Origin: Phyllobates terribilis
Lineage: Eukaryota
DNA: 64,000 bases
Direction of reading: 5' to 3'
Assembly: GCF_046119375.1 (NCBI RefSeq)
Contig: NW_027362772.1
Coordinates: 222,952,001-223,016,000, forward strand
The position numbers were made by a program, and so were the translations under genes. Within the stretch, counting starts at the first letter, position 1, and every line of letters starts with the position of its first letter. Below the pieces are notes generated by a model, which saw only the letters and a program-made list of their open reading frames with translations, was not told the origin of the DNA and did not search any database. Positions 26,391 through 36,963 of the stretch are shown piece after piece.

Positions 26391-26394
26391 TATA

Positions 26395-26610
26395 CAGTAC
26401 AGACCAAAAGTTTGGACACACCTCATTTAAAGATTTTTCTGTATTTTCATGACTTTGCAAATTGTACATTCACACTGAAGGCATCAAAACTATGAATTAA
26501 CACATGTGGAATTATATACTTAACAAAAAAGTGTGAAACATCTGAAAATATGTCTTATATTCTAGGTTCTTCAAAGTAGCCACCTTTTGCTTTGATGACT
26601 GCTTTGCACA
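26395..26610 (+). mobile_element. Tc1-like transposon left terminal fragment
   Basis: TA|CAGTACAGACCAAAAGTTTGGACACAC, a Tc1-type terminus I recognise from fish and amphibian elements. Confidence 0.75.
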
Positions 26611-27004
26611 ATCTTTTTGACTTTTTACACACTGTTTTTGACTCTGGCTATTATGCATGATTCAATGTCCCCTGTCCATTCTCCTTTGAATATGATGGGC
26701 ACCTTGCCTTACGAGTCCCCAGCCCGCAAACTATTCACTTGATGTGGATGCATGGGGAATCACAGGCTATTTTTTGCTGTTACCACGTGACTCCTTTTGT
26801 ATCCCGATTTATGCCAATGCTATGACTTGAACACTGATGTTTGAGATTGATGTATTTAATAAAGACTGTTTTTTATTCAGCTACTCCTGTTTTTCTCTTG
26901 GTTTGGTATGCTGTTGGAGTAGAATTTATGCTGAGCTAACTTTTATGGTCTATCAGCTATGTTTGCTTTTGGGCATGTACTTAAGGCTGCTGTATATCTA
27001 CTAA

Positions 27005-28511
27005 TGGTCCCCATATTGCAGACATGGTCCCCATATTGCAGACATGGTCTCCCATCCAGGTCCCCCATATTGCAGACATGGTCTCCCATTCAGGTCCCCC
27101 ATATTGCAGACATGGTCTCCCATCCAGGTCCCCCATATTGCAGACATGGTCTCCCATCCAGGTCCCCCATATTGCAGACATGGTCCCCCATCCTAGTCCT
27201 TATCTTGCAGACATGGTCCCCCATCCAGGTCCCCCCCATACTGCGCACATGGTCCCCCATCCAGGTCCCCCCCCATACTGCGCGCAGGGTTCCCCCCCCA
27301 TACTGCGCGCAGGGTCCCCCCCATACTGTGCACAGGGTCCCCCCCCATACTGCACGCAGGGTCCCCCCCATACTGCACACAGGGTCCCCTGTCCCCCCCC
27401 ATACTGCGCACAGGGTCCCCCGTCCCCCCCCCATACTGCGCACAGGGTCCCCGCCCCCCGTACTGCGGACAGGGTCCCCCATCCCCCCCCATACTGCGCA
27501 CAGAGTCCCCCGTCCCCCCCATACTGCGCACGGGGTCCCCACCCCCCCCAATACTGCACACGGGGTCCCCATCCCCCCCATACTGCGCACGGGATCCCCA
27601 CCACCCCCAATACTGCGCACGGGGTCCCCATCCCCCCCTATAATGTGCACGGGGTCCCCGTCCCCCCATACAGTGTTCAGGGTCACCATCCCCCTATACA
27701 GTGTTCAGGGTCCCCGTCCCCCCATACAGTATTCAGGGTCTCCATCCCCCATACAGTGTTCAGGGTCCCCGTCCCCCCATGCAGTGTTCAGGGTCCCCGT
27801 CCCCTCATACAGTGTTCAGGGTCCCCGTCTCCCCCATACATTGTTCAGGGTCCCCGTCCCCCCACACAGTGTTTAGGGCCCCCATCCCTCCATACAGTGT
27901 TCAGGGCCCCCATCCCCCCATACAGTGTTCAGGGTCACCGTCCCCCCATACAGTGTTCAGGATCCCCGTCCCCCATACAGTGTTCAGGGTTCCCGTCCCC
28001 CATACTGAGCACAGGTCTCCTGTGCTGTATTTCACATGACAGAGAAAAAAAAAAAAAAGATTCTCACCTGTCCTCCGTTCCCTCGGCGTCCTTTCTGCAC
28101 CCGTGGCCCGCAGGCACAGACCCCATAACGATCACGGCTCTCTCCAGCAGCCACCATCAGCGTTGTAGTGCAGTGTATTGCCGCGCGGAGACTGGCTCTC
28201 TGCACAGCAATACCAGTGTCAGCCGCCGGCCTATCACAGGTCAGCAGCTGACATCTGCACATGGCAGTAATGTCATACGCTGCTGCGCTGGGACGCAGAT
28301 GTCAGCTGCTGGCCTCTGATAGGCCGGCGGCTGACACTGGTATTGCTGTGCAGAGAGCCGGTCTCTGCGCGGCAATACACTGCATTACAGCGCTGATGTC
28401 GGCAGCTGCTGGAGAGAGCCGCAGTCGTTACGGGGTCTATGTGCCTGCGGGCCGCAAGAAGCAACCGAAGGGGCCGCATGCGGCCCGGGGGCCCCGTGTT
28501 TGAGACCCCTG
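27005..28511. mobile_element. hAT (Charlie-like) non-autonomous element remnant with GC-rich minisatellites and a large internal palindrome
   Basis: Right terminus GTTTGAGACCCCTG (28498-28511) followed by GTATAGAT. Tandem arrays at 27005-28010 (34-bp, then about 22-31-bp units). Inverted repeat 28103-28258 / 28295-28455. Left terminus not found. Confidence 0.65.
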
Positions 28512-28532
28512 GTATAGATGCTCTGTTCAGGA

Positions 28533-28642
28533 AGGTTTTGATGTAGTCAATGAAGCAAAAATAGATCTCCGTGTTGTATTCTTTGGCTTTTTCCATTATC
28601 CATCTGTTAGTAGTCATATCTCTTGTTCCTCTGCCTTTTCCT
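28533..28642 (-). mobile_element. RTE/BovB-like LINE piece 5 (RT)
   Basis: KGRGTRDMTTNRWIMEKAKEYNTEIYFCFIDYIKTF. Confidence 0.85.
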
Positions 28643-28745
28643 GGCTTATCCTGTGAAAATCCATATTGGACAGAAGAGTGTGGTGCAGATGATAATCAAT
28701 TGAAGATGCCGGGAGACAGAAGAGGTTTCTATGCAGTTTATTATC

Positions 28746-28779
28746 AACGCGTTTTAAAGTCATCCGACTTCTTCATCAG
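28746..28779 (-). ncRNA. Minimal type I hammerhead ribozyme motif (G12A variant)
   Basis: CTGATGA-A-GAAGTC(GGAT)GACTTT-AAAA-CGCGTT. Confidence 0.6.
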
Positions 28780-28813
28780 GAGAAACCACAAATATTTGAG
28801 GTTGTGATTCCTC

Positions 28814-28847
28814 CTGATAAAGAAGTCGCATGACTTCGAAACACGTT
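28814..28847 (+). ncRNA. Minimal type I hammerhead ribozyme motif (G8A variant)
   Basis: CTGATAA-A-GAAGTC(GCAT)GACTTC-GAAA-CACGTT. Confidence 0.6.
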
Positions 28848-29099
28848 GATAAAAAAACGCATTGAAACCTCTACAGTCTCCTGAAATATTCAATTGGCTA
28901 TCATCAGCAGCACAGTTTACCCACTTCTTTCCAATATGGATTTTCATCAGATTTCACTCGTGGGCTTGCAACAGCTGACATTTTGAGCTACTACAGTTGT
29001 TGTTTATCACACAACCTCATCAGGTGAGTGTCTCCTCACACCATTATACTCCACCACCGAATAAGACCCTATTGCGTTTCTATTTTTCTTTCAGGCTCA

Positions 29100-29308
29100 C
29101 TCATTTTTCTGAATCCTGCTTGTTCTCCTGGCAGATCTTTCTTAAAGTAAGACTGTAACCATCTTTGTAGGATCGTAAGTAGTATTTTGCTGGCATGAGG
29201 TATGAACTAAATAGTCCTATAGTTTCAGTCGGTAGCATCTCCCTTCTTCGAAATAGAAATAAACACCAATCTTGTCCAGTCATTGGATCATTTACCAGTT
29301 GTCCATAT
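29100..29308 (-). mobile_element. RTE/BovB-like LINE piece 4 (RT)
   Basis: IWTTGK*SNDWTRLVFISISKKGDATD*NYRTI*FIPHASKILL...EQAGFRK. Confidence 0.88.
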
Positions 29309-30029
29309 TGTAACGCTGGTGGATGTGGACCCACTGTGCCACAGGCTGAGCTTACCTTAGAGGCGTGACTAAGTGTATAGTGTATTCACTAGAGCCTTTG
29401 ATGGTGCAGATAGACTGGGCCACCAGTGGACACCAGATACCACTCCAGGGCAGTCCACGGGACTGCAGCAGCTGACCGGAGTGTCAGAAACTCGGGTATA
29501 GGGTACAGGTAGGCAAGACAAAAGTATAGTCAGACAGTCCGAGGTAAGGGCAGGCAGCACAGGTTCAAAATTTGAAGCCGAGGTCAGGAGCGGAGAGATC
29601 TGAATAACGATAAACGAGAAGGCTAGCCTTGTCGATAACAGGTGAGACAAAACAGAAATACGCCAATACAGGAAGTTAGAGACCTAGCTACTAGAACTTA
29701 AGTTCAGGTGAGGAATTTAGGGTGGATTCGCCTGATATTTCACCTGTTGGCAGGTGATAGGCCGATGAAGCAGATCTCTGCAGGACAGAATGGGTACAAA
29801 TTCCTGCAGAGTTCGGCCACTCCGGCAAAGTGGATCCAACCATTGCAGGTGCACGTGTAGCAAGACGTCGCGATCTTTTGACCCCTCTCTGTTACGGTAT
29901 CTCCGCAACAGCAGCTCAGAGCGATGGTCAGGTACTAGGTGGAACAGAGCAAAACACGCAGTGAGTAGAAAGGCGCTTAGAAGGCGTGCAAGTGTCCGAC
30001 ATAACAGTATGCCCTCTTATGCCCCCTCC

Positions 30030-33000
30030 GGTGGATGTCCTGGGTGAAGGCCGCCAGCCAGCCAGCCAGAGAAGTCTGGCAACATGGAGGAGCTCATAAA
30101 GCACCTGGTGCAGAGCCAACAATAGATGCAACAGCATCACTTGCAAAGCCAGCAGCTGCACCAGGAGATGACCAAACTGTTGCTTCAACAGATCCAATTG
30201 CAGCAAAAGGCACAGCAGCAGCAGGAGCAGCAACAGCAGATACAGCTTCTGGCGGACGTCATCCAGGGCAGGGCAACCGCCCCAACCCCAGGGCCGACTG
30301 ATGACTCCCACGTCAGGAAGGAGGTAAGAAGTGCCATGAAGAAGATGACCCCTGGGGATGATGTGAAAGCATTTCTCACAGTCTTTAAGAGGGTGGCTAA
30401 TTGGGAGAGACTTCCACCAGAACAGTGGGCAGAGGTTCTGGCACCATATTTGTCGGTGCCAAGGAATACGCCAAGCTAAAGACAGATCTTAGCACACCTG
30501 GGAGTGAATATGGTGGTGAGAGCCCAACGAGTCTACCACTGGGCGTATGCCAACGACAAACCCCCTCGCTCGCAGATGTTTGACCTACTGCATCTCGTTC
30601 AGAAGTGGTTGCAGCCAGAGTCCTCCAATCCAGCCCAGATGGTCGAGCTGGTGGTGATTGATAGATTAGTACACTCCCTTCCCAAGCCAGTACAGACTTG
30701 GGTTGCCCAGGGTGATCCCAAGAACGCAGATGACTTCATCGGCCTGGTAGAGAGGTACCAGGTGGTTGAGAAATGCATCGGGAAACCGGATATAGTCACT
30801 TCTCCGCACTGGGATACCCAAAATAGGGCAGACTCACCACGGAAGGGGTCTAGAGCCACCACTGGGGGGCGTCCCACTCCCACTGAAGGTGCCACAAGGA
30901 CTGTTGATAAAGATATAGTCTGTTGGCGGTGTCACAACCCTGGACACGTAGCCGCCAGGTGTCATATGTTCCCTGAGCCCATGGACTGCAACCTAGGCAG
31001 ACGGGTTTCCTATTATGCTTATCCAGCCTGCAGTGTGGACTGTCGACCCGGCGAGGGGCCGCAAGCGTGTGCCGTGTCCATTAATTGAATAAAGGTGCTT
31101 GGACTGTTGGACTCTGGGAGTCTGGTGACTTTAATCAGAGCTACCCTTCCCCACCAGTTGATCCCTTCCAAAACTGTGGGCGTTCGGGGCATCTATGGGG
31201 ATGCCAAGGACTATCCTGTGGCCACAGTGACAGTGGGAACAGAGTGTGGTGCCCAGTCCCACGAAGACAGGGTGGTTAAGGACCTGATACATCCCGTCAT
31301 ACTGGGCCGTGATTTTTCTTTGTTTTGGGACTTGTGGGGGAAGGGAACAGGACTAAGCAGCGTGGGCAAAAGCCAGGTTCCTGGAGAAGAACCCCCGATG
31401 AAGTCTCAGGTGGAAGAGTTCCCACTGTGCGTCCTTGCCGGCGACGAGGGCAAGCCGGTGACCGAGGAGGCTGACCTCCCTGAGTTAGATATGTCCGGAG
31501 AAAACTTTGGGACTGCTCAAGTTCGAGACCTGACCTTAAAGGGGACATTTGACCAGGTTACCGTATGTAATGGGGTTGCCCAAGAACCGGGGGCCGACAC
31601 CAAGTTCCCCCACTTTGCAGGGGGAGTTGCTATATCGAGTGGCCAAACTAAGGGGCGGTGAGATAGTGGAACAGCTGTTAGTGCCGGAGCCATACAGACG
31701 GTGGGTACCAGATATGGCCCATTCACATGTCCTAGGGAGACACGTAGGGGTTGAGAAAACTTAGGAGAGGATACTGAGAAGGTTTTATTGGCCAGGGTGT
31801 TACCAAGAAATTCAGAACTATTGTAGATACTGCCCCACCTGCCAAATAACCGCTCCCTCTTCTCACTTCCGTAGTCCATTAGTTCCACTACCGGTGATAG
31901 AGGTCCACTTTGAGAGGATTGCTATGGACCTAGTAGGGCGCTTAGTCAAATCAGCCTGAAGTCACCAATATATCCTGGTGATCATGGACTATGCGACCCG
32001 GTATCCAGAAGCAGTGCCGCTCAGGATCTCATCGAGTAAATGCATAGCCAGGGAGCTCGTCCATATATTTGCCAGGACCAGTCTGCCGAAGGAAATCCTG
32101 ATGGGCCAAGGGACCTCGTTCATGAGTAAGGTAATGAAGGAGCTGTACAAGGTTCTCCAGATTACCCAGCTGCGAACCTCCGTTTACCATCTGCAGACAG
32201 ACGGCTTAGAAGAGCGCTTTAACAAGATCCTGAAAGTAATGCTCAAGAAAGTCGAAGAGAAGCATGGACGGGAGTGGGACTACCTGCTGCCCTTCCTGCT
32301 CTTCTCGGTAAGGGAGGTTCCACAAGCCTCTAGCATTTTTTCTCCATTTGAGCTCATGTATGGACGACATCCGCGAGGGCTCCTGGACATCGCTAAGGAA
32401 ACCTGGGAAACCGAGGTTACGACACACCAGAGCATCACTGAACATGTCGCCCAAATGCAAGAAAGAATAGTGAAAGTGATACCAATCGTGAAAACGCATC
32501 TCTTCCAGGCACAGGCAGCTCAGGCAAGGGTCTATAACAGATTGGCGAGGCTGAGGCAGTTCCAACCTGGGGACCATGTTTTGGTGCTAATCCCTAGCAT
32601 CGAGAGCAGGTTCCTGGCCAAATGGCAAGGTCCGTACGAGGTGGTGGAGAAAGTCAGCGAGGTTAATTATAAAGTCCACCAGCCTGGCCGAAGAAAGCCG
32701 CACCAAATATACCATGTGAATTTGCTCAAGCCATGGTGGGACTTGAAACCCGTGGAAACTCCTTGTTTGGGAGCCAGTCCGAAAGCCAAAGAAGAGGACG
32801 TCACGCTAGCAGGACGTCACGCTCTATCGCTGGCCCAAAAGCAACAATGTAAAGAGCTGCTGCAACGGAACCGTGACCTGTTCTCAGAGTTTCCAGGGCG
32901 TACGCAGGTGGTCGAGCATGACGTGCTGACAGAAGCGCATGTTAGGGTAAACCTCAAACCCTATAGGATTCCTGAAGCCCGCCGTGAGGAAATCTCAGCC

Positions 33001-34747
33001 GAGGTGAAGAGGATGCTGGCCCTCGGCGTGATAGAGGAATCGAAGAGCGGATGGTCGAGTCCCATCATTCTCGTGCCAAAGCCCAATGGGGCTGAATGAG
33101 GTTTCCAAGTGTGATGCATACCCGATGCCCCGCGTTGATTAACTCATCGAGAGGCTTGGACCTGCGAGATATATTACCACCCTCAAATTGACGAAGGGAT
33201 ACTGGCAGATCCCCATGTACCAGAGGGCCAAAGAGAAAACAGCTTTCTCAACACCTGATCGGTACTTCCAGTACACCCGAATGCCGTTCGGACTGCAGGG
33301 CTGCACCAGCCACTTTCCAGAGGGCCATGGATCGGATCCTCAGCCCACATAAGAAGTATGCCGCAGCCTACCTTGATGACATTGTTGTCTTTAGCCCAGA
33401 CTGGGCTAGTCATCTGCCAAAAGTAAACAGGCGATTCTGGATGCTCTAAGGAAGGCAGGATTTGTGATAAATCCGAGAAAATATGCCATTGGGAAGGAGG
33501 AGGCCAAGTACTTAGGCTACGTTGTCGGGAGAGGCGAAATTAAGCCACAGGTCAATAAGATCAAGAAAATTCAGAACTGGCCGCAACCGCTCTCCAAGAA
33601 GCAGGTGAGAGCGTTTTTTGGAATCGTGGGACATTACCGGTGGTTTATCCCAAATTTTGCCATGATTTCCGCACCACTTACAGACCTTCGGAAAGGCACA
33701 AAAACAACGATAGCGAAATGGATGGTTGAAGCTGAGATGGCGTTCCAACAGCTGAAGCTGGCACTCTGTAAGCAGCCAGTCCTGGTCGCACCAGACTTCA
33801 CTAAAGAATTTGTGCTCCAGACAGATACCTCAGAAGTTGGCCTAGGAGCTGTGCTGTCGCAGGAGGTAAATGGGGAAGAGCATCCCATCCTGTATATCAG
33901 CTCGTCCTGTGAGAAAAATTATGCCACTGTAGAGAATGAATGTCATAAAATGGGCCATAGACACGCTAAGGTATTACCTACTTAGCAGAAAGTTTAAATT
34001 AGTGCCAGACCATGCCCCTTTGAGATGTTTGAGGGAAAAGAAAGGTAAGAATGCCCGAGTAACTAGGTGGTTCTTAGGTCTCCAAGACTTTAATTTTCAC
34101 GTGGAGCATGGACCCGGGAAGTTACACGCTAATGCTGATGCCCTCTCCAGAATTCCCTGCTTGATGTCTGAAGGTGCCCAAACCCCCGGCTTTGGGCAGA
34201 GGGAGGGAATATGTGACAGAGTCACTGGTATTATATGTGAGGTGAGTTATGTGTCACTCAGGATGCTCTCCTGTGTGAACTAAGACCTACTGAATTTCTG
34301 CCAGCATGTTATGTGCTGGGAGTTTGCTCTTTTAAAGGGTGTGGTTTTATGGGAATGACATAGAGATGGGAGGGAAGTCATTCCCCATACCTCCCCCTCA
34401 GGGTGTGACTGAACAGGGTTTAAATGTTCAGTCAGTTTGTTTTCCTGTGTGGAGTGTGTGTTCTGTAGATTGAAGTTTCCAGCCTGTGTGTGGCTGATGC
34501 CAGAGAGCAACACCGGACGACTGGTGTTGTTGAAACTTCACAAGACTATCTGCAGCCGGCAAAGGCCCTGCTGGATAGAGGACTCTGTTATAGTTCATCT
34601 TTTGTTTTCCCGTTAACCCCGAGAGCCACTGTTTATTTTTATGGAACGCTGCTGGAGTTTATGCCGCACAATAAACCCGCAAGAAGTTTACCCAAACCGT
34701 GTGTGCTGTGTCTACCTCCAGAGAGCCAAGCAAGTTGCTTTACCACA
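30030..34747 (+). mobile_element. Gmr1-like Gypsy element G (PR-IN-RT-RH order), degraded, 5' LTR missing
   Basis: gag with SCAN-like segment (30504-30740) and CWRCHNPGHVAARC knuckle; LLDSGS at about 31100; integrase 31700-32730; RT with YLDD at about 33369; RNase H to about 34150. PPT then 3' LTR 34212-34747 with AATAAA at 34670. Confidence 0.92.
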
Positions 34748-34989
34748 GCATACAGGATAATATGATAATGATCATAAACAATGATGGCCATCACAAAACG
34801 ATTAAGCAAACATGAACAAGCCAGGTGCCTGGTAATGTGACATGGTTGTCCCAGATATGGTCAAGATGGTCATAAGATCACAGTCATGGGTCAAGTAGAA
34901 GTACATGTCACATGTAAAGTTTCAGGTATTCCCGGATTCTCCAGAGAGAATTACTGAAATAAATAAATCAGGAACTCTCAGTATGTACC

Positions 34990-36900
34990 AAATCAAGGAA
35001 ATATCCTGAATCTAATAATGGAACCAAGCAAAAGACTCATGAATGGATAAAGCTTGTAGGCTTTACTCCCAGATGTTGTACTGGAAAATACCAGAGAAGG
35101 GATATAGGGATACAACCTGCTGTGGTATATAGGGGACCACGAAGAGGAAGCTGCAAAGGTATAGAGATAGCGAGAAGCCCCACGCGTATCTCCGTCAGCC
35201 GACGGCTTCGTCAAGGGAAGGTAGTGAGGCAGCGAACCTCTCTTCCTGTCCGCATGAGTCTTCATCTTAGAAGAATAGAGGAAGAGAGACCTCAGCTTGC
35301 TACCAGATATGGAGGAAGTTGCCAAAAGAAGAATCAACTGCTGCTACCCCAGAAGAAGCAGACATAGGACAATGCACTTAAGGATGCTGGGAGTAAACAA
35401 TGAAGAATGGAGATGCCCCAGAATACTCCCCAATGTGGTTGCTGTAGGAGAACTCTGCCTATAGAAGACGTTGTATCCAGTCATCCTGGTGAGCAGAAAT
35501 AAAGTGGCAAACATACTGTAGTTTTCAAGAGTTTTGTTAACCAGTTTCACTTGTCCATTGGTCTGTGGATGGCTCACGGTGAAGAAATCCAGCTGGACAT
35601 TCAGCAGCTTGCAAAGATCTCTCCAAAATTTAGATGTAAACTGGACTCTGCAGTCAGAGACAATGTGGAGAGGGAAAGCATGAGGATGAAACTCATGCTG
35701 GAAGAACTATGTGGCAAGCTTGGGAGTCCAAGGTAGGCCGACCAAGGGGATATAGTGACCCATCTTAGAGAACTGTTCCACCATGACCCAGATGGTGTTG
35801 TAACCCTCGGAGAGGGGCAGGTTCATGATGAAATCCATAGTGATATGTTACCAAGGGGCGGAAAGAACTGGCAGAGGCTGAAGGAGACCAGCAGGCTTGT
35901 TCCTGGGAGACTTGTTTCTTGGGCACTGCGGACAAGCGGTCACAAAGTCCTGAACATCCTTGGACAGCGATGGCCACCAAAAGCGGTGTGCAATTAGCTC
36001 AGTGGATGTAAGTACTCCCACATGGCAGGCTAGGTTGGATTCTTGTCCCCACGACAGTATTTTCCTTCTTTTAGCACTAGGAACAAAGGTTTTCCCCAGG
36101 AGAATGTCTTTTAGGAGGACAAGGGCTGCTTCAACAATCCTGGCCGGATCTATGATATACTGAGCCTCTTCCACAAAAACAGTCACTTCAAAATATCAAG
36201 ACAGAGCATCTGCTTTAACATTCTTGTCCACTAGATTGAAATGTAACTCAAAATCAAAACAAGAGACGAAGAGTGCTCACCTGGCTTGACGAGGATTTAA
36301 CCGTTGAGTTGACTGCAGAAAGGTTAAGTTCTTATGATCCGTGTATATAATAACTGGAGAGCTGGTGCCTTCCAGTAGATGACACCATCCTTCCAGCACC
36401 ATCTTAATGGCCACTAGGTCGCAATCCCTAATAGAGTAATTATGCTCAGTCGGTGAGAACAGTTTAGAAAAGAATCCACAGGAGACAGATTCCCAGAAGA
36501 AGTTCTTTGCAGAGGAACTTCCCCCACCTTGGCGAGGCAAGCGGTAGTGCACGACAGTCCCCACTGAAGCACTTAAGCGGAGGACCAATCGACAGCTGGC
36601 ACGTGTGAACGCAACCATTGCAGACCCAGCAGGACAGAGTTCACCGATTTTGACAGCACGCAGAACAAAATCTTTTCAGAATGCAGGGCTCCAATCCGGA
36701 ACGTGACGAGCTATCTCATGAATTGGATAGGCTCAGCCAAGAGTTGTTCATGTATGGAAGCACTAGCCATGGGTTGATCAAGCCGTTGTGTCGGAAGTTG
36801 AAGCTCAAAAGCCATGTCCTGACAGGATGAAGTTGGCAGCTGAACTGGAATCAATATGGGCTGTAGTGTAGAGAGACTTTTCACCCCAGGCCACTGTGAC
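34990..36900 (-). pseudogene. Element C pol relics (protease, RNase H, integrase; RT largely deleted)
   Basis: AHIDSSSAANFI; YTDHKNLTFLQSTQRLNPRQAR; RFWWPSLSKDVQDFVTACPQC; HPQTNGQ; KTHADRKR. Confidence 0.85.
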
Positions 36901-36963
36901 TTCTGTCACTAGTTTATGAGATCAATCTTTTTCACCTAGGGTCATCTCTTTCCGACCTACCCT

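Larger units (their letters stand above)
28643..29104. mobile_element. Penelope-type terminal-repeat insertion arranged as an inverted duplication
   Basis: Arms about 28655-28791 and 28802-28947 are about 80% complementary. Each carries a hammerhead motif. The block interrupts the RTE RT between GFRK and GRGTRD. Confidence 0.65.

Noticed and set aside
26992-26999. GTATATCT as the left target duplication of the hAT element
   Set aside because: Only 6 of 8 bases match GTATAGAT and no left terminal repeat follows.
26959-28319. Long Pro-rich and Gly-rich ORFs on both strands
   Set aside because: Produced by the GC-rich minisatellites; no domain content.
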